From Chloroflexota bacterium (GTDB lineage Bacteria > Chloroflexota > Dehalococcoidia > Bin125): 64,000 nucleotides of DNA. Position numbers and translations under genes: made by a program. Location: NCBI GenBank assembly GCA_028873865.1, contig JAPPNI010000039.1, positions 26,752-90,751 of the forward strand, given 5' to 3'. The notes beneath the pieces are model-generated. The model saw only the letters and a list, made by a program, of their open reading frames with translations, was not told the DNA's origin and searched no databases. How positions within the stretch are numbered: position 1 is the first letter of the stretch; every line of letters begins with the position of its first letter. Positions 9,281-18,614 of this stretch are shown here, in pieces.

Positions 9281-10203
9281 GCGTTGCCGAGCCGGCCACG
9301 GATGCCGTTCAGATTGCCGCCCGGGAATCATGGCGGGACAACCCTCGGGTCGAGCTCGCGCTGCGCGTGTTGCGCATCTACGTACGTAACCGGCCGGCGG
9401 TGTTTGGCGCCTTCATCCTCTTCGGCCTCGGTATCGTCGCAGCCTTCGCCCCCTTCGTCGCCCCCTACCCCCCACTCGAGGCCGACCTCTGCAGCGAGTG
9501 CGTCTTCCAGGCGCCGACCCTGGAACACGTCGCCGGCACCGACCTGCTCGGACGCGACGTGCTCAGCCGGACCATCTTCGGCGCCAGGATCGCCTGGCAG
9601 GTCGTGGTCGTGGCGATCGGCGTGGCGATCTGCATCGGCGTGCCGACCGGCCTGGTCGCGGGCTACGTCGGCGGCAAGCTGGATGAGCTCTTGATCATGC
9701 GGATCGTCGACGCGCTCATGGCCATGCCCGCCCTGATCCTGATCCTGGCAATGACGGCGGCGGTCGGTCCCAACATCATCAACACGATGATGATTATCGG
9801 TATCGTCTGGTCGGCCGGCTACGCCCGGCTCACCCGCGGAGTGGTCTTGTCGATCATGCAAGAGCCGTATGTCGATGCGGCCAGATCAATGGGTGCCGGA
9901 CCACAACGGATCATCCTGCGCCACCTGATGCCCAACGTAGTTGCTCCTGTTGTTGTGTTGGCCTCGCTCTCCGCAGCGGCAATCATTCTTGTTGAGGCGG
10001 GATTGAGCTTCATCGGCGCCGGCGTCCAGCAACCGACTCCGGCCTGGGGGGGCATGGTCTTCGAGGGCTACTCGAACCTCTTCCGCTCGGCCTGGCCAAT
10101 CGCCGCACCGGGCATCGCCGTCGTGCTGATGGTAGTCAGCTTCAATTTCGTCGGCGACGGCCTCCGCGACGCCATGGATCCGCGGCTGCGCAACGTGCGT
10201 TGA
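9277..10203 (+). CDS. ABC transporter permease (DppC/OppC-like)
   Basis: 308 aa multi-TM, overlaps upstream stop by 4 nt. Confidence 0.9.
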   Translation: MSVAEPATDAVQIAARESWRDNPRVELALRVLRIYVRNRPAVFGAFILFGLGIVAAFAPFVAPYPPLEADLCSECVFQAPTLEHVAGTDLLGRDVLSRTIFGARIAWQVVVVAIGVAICIGVPTGLVAGYVGGKLDELLIMRIVDALMAMPALILILAMTAAVGPNIINTMMIIGIVWSAGYARLTRGVVLSIMQEPYVDAARSMGAGPQRIILRHLMPNVVAPVVVLASLSAAAIILVEAGLSFIGAGVQQPTPAWGGMVFEGYSNLFRSAWPIAAPGIAVVLMVVSFNFVGDGLRDAMDPRLRNVR

Positions 10204-10214
10204 ACGCTCGAGCG

Positions 10215-11165
10215 CTAGTCGAAGGTGATGACGAAGCGGCCTCGGTGGCCTCCTTGTTTGAAAAGGCGGTGGGTTTCGGCGGCTTGCTCGGCTGGGTAGG
10301 TGGAGTTGACGCGGAGGGTGACCTGGCCGTCCTCGACCTGCTGGCGGAGGGTGTCGAGCAGGTCGGCGCGGCGGTCGTAGGTGAAGACCATGGTGACGTG
10401 GAAGTTGATGCCGCGCTGGCCGCCATCGGGTCCGGGCCAGCCGCGGACGCTGGCGTAGTGGCCGCCGTCGCGGATCGCGCCGAGGGCGAGCTCGTTCTGG
10501 ACGGCGCCGTCGGCGAGGCCGTCGACGCCGTCGGGCGCGACCTGGCGGATCTGGTCGGCGATGTCGTCGCCGCGGGGGACGACGATGTCGGCGCCGAGGT
10601 CCTTGACCAGTTGGACGTCCTTCTCGGAGGCGTCGGCGATGATGGTGAGTCCGTCGGCCTTGCCGAGCTCGACCATGTATCCGCCGTAGCATCCGGCTGC
10701 GCCGGTGACGGCGAGGGTCTGGCCGGGCTGGAGGCCCATCTGGTCGAGGGACTGGCGGGCGGTGAGCGCGTTCATGGGCAGGGTGGAGGCCTCGGCGTGG
10801 GTTGCGCCAGCCGGGGCGCGGGTGACGGCGTCGGCCTTGAGCACGATGCTCTCGCGGTATGCGCCGTGGCTGCCGCGCGGGATGACCATGGCCATGACGG
10901 GGTCGCCGACCTGGAGATCGGTGTCGGTGTCGGGGCCGACTTCGTCGATGACGCCGGCGGCGTCCATGCCGGGGATGTAGGGCGGCGGGCTGGACTCGCG
11001 CAGGGCGTCGGCGCGGGCGCCGCCGCGGATGAAGGTGTCGGTGGGGTTGACGGTGGCGGCGTGGACGCGCAGGCGGACCTCGCCCGGTCCGGGGTGGGTT
11101 TCGGGCAGGTCGACGACCTGCAGGGCTTCGGGTCCGCCGAACTCGATCACTCCTACGCCGCGCAT
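10215..11165 (-). CDS. NAD(P)H:quinone oxidoreductase / MDR-family zinc-free alcohol dehydrogenase-like
   Basis: 316 aa; GAAGCYGGYM nucleotide motif, N-terminal GroES-like region. Confidence 0.8.
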   Translation of the reverse strand: MRGVGVIEFGGPEALQVVDLPETHPGPGEVRLRVHAATVNPTDTFIRGGARADALRESSPPPYIPGMDAAGVIDEVGPDTDTDLQVGDPVMAMVIPRGSHGAYRESIVLKADAVTRAPAGATHAEASTLPMNALTARQSLDQMGLQPGQTLAVTGAAGCYGGYMVELGKADGLTIIADASEKDVQLVKDLGADIVVPRGDDIADQIRQVAPDGVDGLADGAVQNELALGAIRDGGHYASVRGWPGPDGGQRGINFHVTMVFTYDRRADLLDTLRQQVEDGQVTLRVNSTYPAEQAAETHRLFKQGGHRGRFVITFD

Positions 11166-11215
11166 AGTGTTGCTCCCTGTCGATTGACTGCCGTTGGCGG
11201 GCAGGCTAGCCGACG

Positions 11216-13489
11216 CTACTGACTGGCCAGCTCACGGCGGGCGCGTTCGCGGGCGACCCACTCGGCGGCGGGTCCGTCGAACGGGGTGACGACCACGTCC
11301 ACCTGGCGGATGTCGCCCTCGAACTCGAACGGCGGCTGGTAGCGGTCGCCGACGGGCGAACGTCGGTCGGCGCCGATGTCGAACTCGCCGTGTCCGAACA
11401 GGTTCTGGCGCTGGAGCGTGGTGATCTGTCCGGAGGCGGCGGTGTCGCCGTTGATCGTGAGGGTCAGGGTTGCCGGTCCGCGCGGGCCGTCGCTTTGCAG
11501 GGAGACGCCGATCTCGACCTCGCCATCGGAAATGGGCGCATCGCTCTGGAAGCGGAACCAGTCGTCGTAGGCGTGGTAGTCGAAGTGGAGCCGGTTGTCC
11601 TGGATGTAGAGCGTGCAGCCGCTGTGGATCGAGCCGCGATTGAAGATCACGCCCTGCTGCTCGGCTGAGTCGCGGACGCATCGGGCGGTGACGGCCCAGC
11701 TGCCGACGTCGAGCGCGGGCGAGACGTCGCGCTGGAGGTGGGTGATCGGCGGCGTGTAGCGGTAGCGGAAGTCGTAGTGCGGGCTGCCGGGCGCCTGCGA
11801 GGGTTGATTGATCTCCAGGGTGCGGTCGTCGAGCGGCAGGACGCCGTGCTTGCCTGCCTCGATCCACCAGCGATCGATCAGGGTGCGCAGGCGCTCGGGC
11901 TCCTCGGTGGCGAGGTTGTTGGTCTCGGAGAAATCTTCATCGACGTTGTAGAGCTCCCATTCGTCGTCGGACCAGTCGTTGCCCATGCGGTGCCAGGTGA
12001 CGGCTTTCCAGCCGTTGTCCCAGAGTCCGCGGTGGCCGAGCATCTCGAAGTACTGGGTGTCTTTGGTTGTCTCGGCGTCGGGGTCGTTGAAGGTGTAGTT
12101 GAAGCTGGCGCCGGCGATCGGGAGCTGGCTACGTCCCTGGTAGGTGTCGGGGGCTTCGGTGTCGAGCGTGTCCAGGATTGTCGGCAGCACATCGGAGACG
12201 TGGTGGAACTGGCTTCGGATGCCGCCACGCTCTTCGATGCCCTGCGGCCAGTGTGCGATCAACGGCACGCGGACGCCACCGCCGTGCGTGTTCTGCTTGT
12301 ACCAGCGCAGCGGTGTGTTGCCGGCCTGGGCCCAACCCCAGGGATAGTTGGAGGCTGAGCGCGGCCCGCCGATTTCGTGCAGGCGCAACTGCACTTCTTC
12401 CAGATCGTCGCGGGGACCGAAGAGGCGCGGTTCGTCGGAGACGCCGGTCGGCCCGCCCTCCTGCGAGGCGCCGTTGTCGGCCATCAGCAGGATCAGCGTG
12501 TTGTCGAGCTGGCCTGATTCTTCGAGGTAGTCGAAGAGGCGCCCGAGCTGCGCGTCGGTGTGTTCAAGGAAGCCAGCGAAGGCCTCTTGCAGCGCGACCG
12601 CGAAGCGCTGCGTGTTCGGTTCCATCTCGTCCCAGGCCTCGACGCCGCGGTTGCGCGGTGCGAGCTGCGTGCCTTCGGGCACGATGCCCAGCTCGAGCTG
12701 TCGTGCGAAGACCTGCTCGCGGACGGCGTCCCAGCCGATGTCCCAGCGTCCGCGCTGGCGCTCGATGCACTCCTGCGGCGCCTGGTGCGGGGCGTGGGTC
12801 GCGCCCAGCGCGAAGTACATGAAGAAGGGCTGATCGGGATAGATCGAGTGTTGGTCGCGCAGGAACTGCTGGGCCTGGTCGACCAGATCCTCGGTCAGGT
12901 GGTAGCCGTGCTCGGGCGAGCGGGGTGGCTCGATCAGCGTGTTGTCGCGGGTCAGTTCGGGGTAGAACTGGTCGGTTTCGCCGGGCAGGAAGCCGTAGTA
13001 GCGGTCGAATCCCCGTTGCAGCGGCCAGTCGTGGTAGGGGCCGGCCTGGCTGAGTTCCTCGCCTGGGCAGAGGTGCCACTTGCCTAGCGCAAAGGTGGCG
13101 TAGTGTTCGTCGCGCAGCAGTTCGGCCATCGTCGCGGCGTGCTGCGAGATGCGTCCGCGCGTGTTGGGATAGCCGTTGTTGAAGTTGGTCACCGAGCGCA
13201 TCCCCACGCTGTGGTGATTGCGTCCGGTCAGCAGCGCGGCCCGCGTCGGTGAACAGAGCGGCGTGACGTGGAAGTTGGTGTAGCGCAGCCCGTTCTGGGC
13301 CAGGCGATCGATGTTCGGAGTCGGGGTCAGACCGCCGTAGCAGTTGAGGTGGGCGAACCCGAGATCGTCGAAGAGCACGATCAATACGTTGGGCCGATCC
13401 TGCGGCGCGGTGGTCATCGGCGGCCACCACGGTTCCGAGTCGCGGAACGTGCGGCCAATCTTGCCGCCAAAGTCTTCGCTCGTTGTCAT
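11216..13489 (-). CDS. arylsulfatase (Cys-type, formylglycine-dependent), 757 aa with C-terminal extension
   Basis: NVLIVLFDDLGF...CSPTRAALLTGR (C-x-P-x-R sulfatase signature); approximately 300-aa C-terminal domain as in long actinobacterial arylsulfatases. Confidence 0.9.
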   Translation of the reverse strand: MTTSEDFGGKIGRTFRDSEPWWPPMTTAPQDRPNVLIVLFDDLGFAHLNCYGGLTPTPNIDRLAQNGLRYTNFHVTPLCSPTRAALLTGRNHHSVGMRSVTNFNNGYPNTRGRISQHAATMAELLRDEHYATFALGKWHLCPGEELSQAGPYHDWPLQRGFDRYYGFLPGETDQFYPELTRDNTLIEPPRSPEHGYHLTEDLVDQAQQFLRDQHSIYPDQPFFMYFALGATHAPHQAPQECIERQRGRWDIGWDAVREQVFARQLELGIVPEGTQLAPRNRGVEAWDEMEPNTQRFAVALQEAFAGFLEHTDAQLGRLFDYLEESGQLDNTLILLMADNGASQEGGPTGVSDEPRLFGPRDDLEEVQLRLHEIGGPRSASNYPWGWAQAGNTPLRWYKQNTHGGGVRVPLIAHWPQGIEERGGIRSQFHHVSDVLPTILDTLDTEAPDTYQGRSQLPIAGASFNYTFNDPDAETTKDTQYFEMLGHRGLWDNGWKAVTWHRMGNDWSDDEWELYNVDEDFSETNNLATEEPERLRTLIDRWWIEAGKHGVLPLDDRTLEINQPSQAPGSPHYDFRYRYTPPITHLQRDVSPALDVGSWAVTARCVRDSAEQQGVIFNRGSIHSGCTLYIQDNRLHFDYHAYDDWFRFQSDAPISDGEVEIGVSLQSDGPRGPATLTLTINGDTAASGQITTLQRQNLFGHGEFDIGADRRSPVGDRYQPPFEFEGDIRQVDVVVTPFDGPAAEWVARERARRELASQ

Positions 13490-13501
13490 GCCATTCCTCC
13501 C

Positions 13502-14431
13502 TTAATCGATCGGTCGAGCACAGCGGAAGCCGGTGTTGCTGGTCGCGCTGTCCGGGGTCAGCGCCATTCGCGCAGCCGTCCGATAGCGCAAGCAATAGCT
13601 CTCGTGGCAGAGGAAGCTACCGCCCTTGAGCACCTTCAGGTCGCCGTCTGGTGGTCCGCTCGGGTTGGCCGGCGGTGAGGGGTCATGGAACACGTCGAAC
13701 CAGTCGCGGCACCACTCCCAAACGTTGCCCGTCGTGTTGAACAGGCCGAATCCGTTGGGCTGATACTGGTCGACCGGACAGGTTGCGTACCAGCCGTCCT
13801 CGGTGGCGTTCTCAGTCGGAAAGATTCCCTGCCAGACGTTCATCCGGTGTTGTCCGTCGGGGGTGAGTTGGTCGCCCCACGGAAATGGCTGCGATTCGAG
13901 TCCGCCGCGTGCGGCGCGTTCCCATTGAGCCTCGCTGGGCAGTTTCTTGCCGGCCCACTCGGCGTAGGCGACCGCGTCGTTCCAACTGACGTGGACGACC
14001 GGGTGATCGAGTCGTCGATTGATGTCGGTCTCTGGTCCCTCAGGATGACGCCAAGATGCGCCCTCGACCTGTCGCCACCAGGGGGCATCGGCTGCGCCTC
14101 GAGTGGGCAGGAAGTCATCCGGCAGGAGCCCGGCGAAGACGAACGACCAGCCGGTCAGCTCGGACTCCGTGCAGTAGCCGGTGTAGTCGACGAATGTTGC
14201 GAACTCTTCGTTGGATACGGCGCAGAGATCGATCTCGTAGGCAGAGAGCTCGATTTCGCGGAGGGGACCTTCACCGTCGCCGGGGTACGAGAGGTGGTCG
14301 ACAGAGCCCATCATGAACGTTCCGGCGGGGATCTTCGCGACCAGGTCATCTTTGCTCCCTCCTCTGGAAGAGGGCGCGACCGAGGGGCGAAGGGGAGTGG
14401 GGGAGGGCTCCCCACTGTGAATACGCAGCAT
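13502..14431 (-). CDS. formylglycine-generating enzyme (FGE/SUMF1 family)
   Basis: 309 aa from ATG 14431; WEWCRDWF, GGSFLCHESYC motifs of FGE; 12-nt gap to sulfatase start. Confidence 0.85.
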   Translation of the reverse strand: MLRIHSGEPSPTPLRPSVAPSSRGGSKDDLVAKIPAGTFMMGSVDHLSYPGDGEGPLREIELSAYEIDLCAVSNEEFATFVDYTGYCTESELTGWSFVFAGLLPDDFLPTRGAADAPWWRQVEGASWRHPEGPETDINRRLDHPVVHVSWNDAVAYAEWAGKKLPSEAQWERAARGGLESQPFPWGDQLTPDGQHRMNVWQGIFPTENATEDGWYATCPVDQYQPNGFGLFNTTGNVWEWCRDWFDVFHDPSPPANPSGPPDGDLKVLKGGSFLCHESYCLRYRTAARMALTPDSATSNTGFRCARPID

Positions 14432-14543
14432 CCTCCCCGACTCTCGAGGGGAGGAATCGTCTCTTGAAGGCGGGCAGCAATGGCACATTGGGACGGTCGA
14501 ACTATTGCGTGCGCTCAGCGGCTTGAAGGCGGCGCTGGCCGCT

Positions 14544-15938
14544 TCAGACCGGCGGCCTGGGGTCGATTGGCGTCGGTGTCTGACTTGCGGCCTCGATCTG
14601 TTCGGCGGCGGCGAGGCAGAGGTCTTCGCGCCAGCGGTCGGCGTAGACCTGCACACCGGTTGGGAGACCGTCGGCGACGCCAGTGGCCAGGGCGACGGCG
14701 GGCAGGCCGAGCACGTTGGCCGGGCTGATGAAGTGCGCGGTGGCCAGGGTGGTGTCCATGCCGGTTTCGGGATCCAGATCGGAGTCGATCGGCCAGGGCA
14801 AGCAGGTCCAGGTGGGTCCGATGGCGACAGGGTAGGCGGCGAAGAACTCGGACCAGACGCGGCTGAGACGGGACCGCTCCGCGTGGATGGCGGAATTGGA
14901 CAGCGGCGCGGAGGCGATGCGTTCGCCGATCTGTCGTTGCACGGCAAGGAGCTGGGGGGTGAGCAACGCTTCCTGTTCCTGGAGGGCTTCCTCGTCCATG
15001 TCGGCGGTGATGACGTAGACCCAGATCTGATTGACCCGGTCCAGCTCGGGCGCGTGGACTTCTTCCACGCTCCAGCCGTCGGCGGCGAGCACCTCACCGG
15101 CGCGGCGGATCTCGGAGACGGTTGCGGCGGGCAGGTCGAAGCCGGGGATCTCGGTGACCAGCGCGGCTCTGCGTTCTGGCGGTTGGGGACCTTCGAGCGG
15201 GGCGTCGACGGAACGCGGGTCACGCACATCGCGGCCGGCGAGCACGGAGAGGCCGAGGCGGAGGTCGGCGACGGAGCGGGCCATGGGGCCTTCGACCAGC
15301 ATCGCCTGGACGGCCATGCCGGCGTCGACGCCCATCGGGAGCACGCAGGGGATGCGACCGGCGGAGGGCTTGAGCGAGGTGATGCCGCAGCAGTAGGCGG
15401 GGTTGCGCAGGGAGCCGAGGATGTCGTTGCCGAGGCCGATGGGCGACATGCCGGTGGCCAACGCTGCGGCCTCGCCGCCGCTCGAGCCGCCGGGCGTGAG
15501 GGCGGGGTTCCAGGGATTGAAGGTGCGGCCGCGGAGCGGGTTATCAGTATCGAGGCGACCGCCCAGCTCGGGGAGGTTGGTGCGCGCGAGGGGGATCGCG
15601 CCGGCGCGCTTCATCCGTTCGACGACGGGCGCATCGCTCGGCGGCAGGGCGTCGGCAAGGGCCGGAATGCCGGAGGTGGTGGGCGAGCCAACGCAGTCGA
15701 TGTTCTCCTTGATGGTGAACGGGACGCCGTGCAGCGGACCCGAGCTCTCGCTGCGGTCGGCGGCGTCGGCGCCGGCGAGCGCGGTCTCTTCGAGCACCAG
15801 TGTGACGGCGTTGACCTGGCCGTTGACCTCGGCGATGCGGTCGAGGTGGGCCTGCACCACTTCGCGGCTGGAGACTTCGCGGTCGCGAATCAAAGCGGCG
15901 AGTTCGACGGCGGTGCGTGTCCAGAGTGGAGCGGGCAT
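14544..15938 (-). CDS. amidase (amidase-signature family)
   Basis: 464 aa; GGSSGGEAAALA AS-family signature with Ser-cisSer-Lys context. Confidence 0.85.
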   Translation of the reverse strand: MPAPLWTRTAVELAALIRDREVSSREVVQAHLDRIAEVNGQVNAVTLVLEETALAGADAADRSESSGPLHGVPFTIKENIDCVGSPTTSGIPALADALPPSDAPVVERMKRAGAIPLARTNLPELGGRLDTDNPLRGRTFNPWNPALTPGGSSGGEAAALATGMSPIGLGNDILGSLRNPAYCCGITSLKPSAGRIPCVLPMGVDAGMAVQAMLVEGPMARSVADLRLGLSVLAGRDVRDPRSVDAPLEGPQPPERRAALVTEIPGFDLPAATVSEIRRAGEVLAADGWSVEEVHAPELDRVNQIWVYVITADMDEEALQEQEALLTPQLLAVQRQIGERIASAPLSNSAIHAERSRLSRVWSEFFAAYPVAIGPTWTCLPWPIDSDLDPETGMDTTLATAHFISPANVLGLPAVALATGVADGLPTGVQVYADRWREDLCLAAAEQIEAASQTPTPIDPRPPV

Positions 15939-16089
15939 GGGGATCTCCTCGTGGTCGGGTGCTCAGGCTAGTGCGAGGATGGCTGCTTCGCAGAGGTGAC
16001 GGGCAGCGGATGGGCGCTTCGCGAGATCATCGGAGCCATGTTGGCAGGCCCTAGCCTGCGGCTGCGGCACGGGAGGGTTGGAACAGACC

Positions 16090-17319
16090 ATGAAGATCAC
16101 CGAGATTGAGACGTTTGTCGTCGACGCCGGTTGGCGGCCGTGGCAGTTTGTGGCGGTGCGGACGTCGGAGGGGATCACGGGGTATGGGGAGATCTCGGAC
16201 GGCCGGACTCCGTACGGGATCGTGGGGACGATCAGCGACCTGGAGCCGGTCCTGGTCGGCCGTGATCCGCTCGCGGTGGAGGCTCGCTACTGGGATATGT
16301 ACCGGATGGCGCGGCAGTCGCCGGGCGGAGTTGTGGCCAAGGCGATCGCCGGGGTCGAGCTGGCGCTGTGGGACATCAAGGGGAAGGCGCTGGGGGTACC
16401 GGTCTATTCGCTGTTCGGCGGTCCGACGCGGGAGCGGCAGTTGATCTACTGGTCGCACTGCGGTTCATCGCGGGCGGGCAACCACGACCGAATCAAGTGG
16501 CACAACGGCGAGGACTGGGTGGTGGGTGCTCCGCCGCTGCGGTCGATGGAGGATGTCACGGCGCTGGGCGCGGAGGTGCGAGGGAAGGGCTTCCATGCGC
16601 TGAAGACCAACGTGCTGTTCCCGGGCGACCCGACGCGGACGTTCGGCCTGCAGCAGGACGTGGAGAACATCGACAGCAACACGACTCCGGCGGTGCTGCG
16701 GCACGTGCCCGAGTACATCGGGGCGCTCAAGGCGGGAGCGGGGCCGGACGTGCAGATCGCGCTGGACATCAACTTCAACTGCACGCCGCTGGCGGCGCGG
16801 CAGATCTGCCAGTCGCTGGAGCAGCTGGAGATGATGTGGGTGGAGATCGACATGTACGACGCGGAGGCGCTGGCCGACGTGCGGCGCTCGACGACGGTGC
16901 CGATCACGTCGGGCGAGAACCTGTACACGGTGCGCGATTACCTGCCCTTCCTGGAGCAGCGGTCGATGGACAATGTGATGATCGACGTGTGCTGGCAGGG
17001 GTTCTCGCGCTCGCGGGACGTGGCGCTGCTGGCGGAGAGCTATGAGCTCAACGTGGCGCCGCACAATTACTACTCGCACCTGGCCTCGATGCATGCGTTG
17101 CACCTGTGCGCGACGGTGCCGAACGTGCGGATCATGGAGATCGATATCGACGACGTGCCGTGGAAGGACGAGATCACGGGCGGTCCGATCGAGATCGTCG
17201 ACGGGCACCTGCCGCTGCCGACGAAGCCCGGCTGGGGCGTCGATCTGAATGAGGACCTGGCTCGTGAGAAAGTTTGGGAGCAGGGCCGCGGTCCGGGGTT
17301 TTCGTCGGGTCGGAACTAA
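16090..17319 (+). CDS. enolase-superfamily protein (mandelate racemase/muconate lactonizing enzyme; galactonate-dehydratase-like)
   Basis: MKITEIETFVVD...GYGE N-terminal capping domain; TIM-barrel metal ligands region; start ATG 16090 preferred over TTG 16078. Confidence 0.85.
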   Translation: MKITEIETFVVDAGWRPWQFVAVRTSEGITGYGEISDGRTPYGIVGTISDLEPVLVGRDPLAVEARYWDMYRMARQSPGGVVAKAIAGVELALWDIKGKALGVPVYSLFGGPTRERQLIYWSHCGSSRAGNHDRIKWHNGEDWVVGAPPLRSMEDVTALGAEVRGKGFHALKTNVLFPGDPTRTFGLQQDVENIDSNTTPAVLRHVPEYIGALKAGAGPDVQIALDINFNCTPLAARQICQSLEQLEMMWVEIDMYDAEALADVRRSTTVPITSGENLYTVRDYLPFLEQRSMDNVMIDVCWQGFSRSRDVALLAESYELNVAPHNYYSHLASMHALHLCATVPNVRIMEIDIDDVPWKDEITGGPIEIVDGHLPLPTKPGWGVDLNEDLAREKVWEQGRGPGFSSGRN

Positions 17320-17346
17320 CCACGTGGGAATGAGGGAGAGCAGTTC

Positions 17347-18579
17347 ATGAAGATCACCGAGATTGAAACGTTTGTCGTCGACGCGGGTTGGCGGCCCTGG
17401 CAGTTTGTCGCGGTTCGGACCTCGGACGGGATCACCGGCTACGGCGAGATGTCCGACGGCCGCAATCCGTATGGAATCGTCGGCACGATCGAGGACATGC
17501 TGCCGATCCTGATCGGTAGCGATCCGCTCGCGGTCGAGGCCCGCTACTGGGACATGTACCGGCTGGCCCGGCAGTCACCGGGCGGCATCGCCGCGAAAGC
17601 GATTGCCGGGGTCGAACTGGCGCTCTGGGACATCAAGGGCAAAGCGCTGGGCGTGCCCGTCTATTCGCTCTTCGGCGGGCCGACACGCGAGCGGCAAATG
17701 ATCTACTGGTCGCACTGCGGCTCGTCTCGCGCGCGGAGCTACGACCAGATCCTCTGGGATAACGGGTCGGAGTGGGTGGTGGGCGCGCCGCCGCTGCGGT
17801 CGATGGAGGACGTGACCGCGCTGGGTGAAGAGGTCAGGGGCAAGGGATTCCACGCGCTCAAGACCAACATCGTCTTCCCCGGCGATCCGACCGGCGTCTA
17901 CGGCCCCGGCTGGGGCGGCGTCGGCAACATCGACCGCAACGCGGTCCCCTCGCTGCTGCGCCACATTCCCGAGTACATCGGAGCGCTGAAGAAAGGCGCT
18001 GGCCCGGACGTGCAGATCGCGCTCGACCTCAACTTCAACTGCACGCCGCTGGTCGCCCGACAGATCTGCCAGTCGCTCGAAGGCCTGAAAATGATGTGGG
18101 TCGAGATCGACATGTACGAACCCGAGGCGCTCGCCGACGTGCGACGTCAAACGACGGTGCCGATCACGTCGGGGGAGAATCTGTACACGATCCGCGACTA
18201 TCGGCCGTTTTTCGAGCATCGGTCGATGGACAACGTGATGATCGACGTGCCGTGGCAGGGATTTGCGCGGTCGCGGGATGTGGCGTTGCTGGCCGAGAGC
18301 TACGAGTTGAACTGCGCTCCGCACAACTACTACTCGCACCTGGCGACGATGCACGCGCTGCATCTGTGCGCGACGGTGCCGAATGTGCGGATTATGGAGA
18401 TTGACATCGACGACGTGCCGTGGAAGGACGACCTCGGCGGAGGCCCACTGAACATTGTCGACGGTCACCTGGAGCTGCCGACGACACCGGGCTGGGGGAT
18501 CGAGTTTGATGAGGATGTGGCTCGGAAGATGGTGTGGGAGAAGGGTCGGGGTCCGGGGTTCACGGCGAATCGACGGTAG
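17347..18579 (+). CDS. enolase-superfamily protein, tandem paralog of 16090-17319
   Basis: 410 aa, about 80% identical to upstream gene over full length; strong SD GAGGGAGAG. Confidence 0.85.
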   Translation: MKITEIETFVVDAGWRPWQFVAVRTSDGITGYGEMSDGRNPYGIVGTIEDMLPILIGSDPLAVEARYWDMYRLARQSPGGIAAKAIAGVELALWDIKGKALGVPVYSLFGGPTRERQMIYWSHCGSSRARSYDQILWDNGSEWVVGAPPLRSMEDVTALGEEVRGKGFHALKTNIVFPGDPTGVYGPGWGGVGNIDRNAVPSLLRHIPEYIGALKKGAGPDVQIALDLNFNCTPLVARQICQSLEGLKMMWVEIDMYEPEALADVRRQTTVPITSGENLYTIRDYRPFFEHRSMDNVMIDVPWQGFARSRDVALLAESYELNCAPHNYYSHLATMHALHLCATVPNVRIMEIDIDDVPWKDDLGGGPLNIVDGHLELPTTPGWGIEFDEDVARKMVWEKGRGPGFTANRR

Positions 18580-18614
18580 TGGAAGTGTTTATCCTCAAAC
18601 GGTGAACATCGACC

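Noticed and set aside
9886-10692. 268-aa Arg/Pro-rich minus-strand ORF across the permease/Qor junction, and similar ORFs at 12178-12822, 12564-13595, 14505-15971, 53127-54269 and 58338-58688
   Set aside because: Compositionally aberrant (poly-R/P/A) frames overlapping well-supported genes on the opposite strand or in another frame; artefacts of high GC.
14340-14440. Cluster of three GC-rich hairpins at the FGE 5' end
   Set aside because: They fall inside the most plausible FGE coding start (ATG 14431) and within a low-complexity N-terminal extension. In a 67% GC genome such short inverted repeats occur by chance; not called as a feature.
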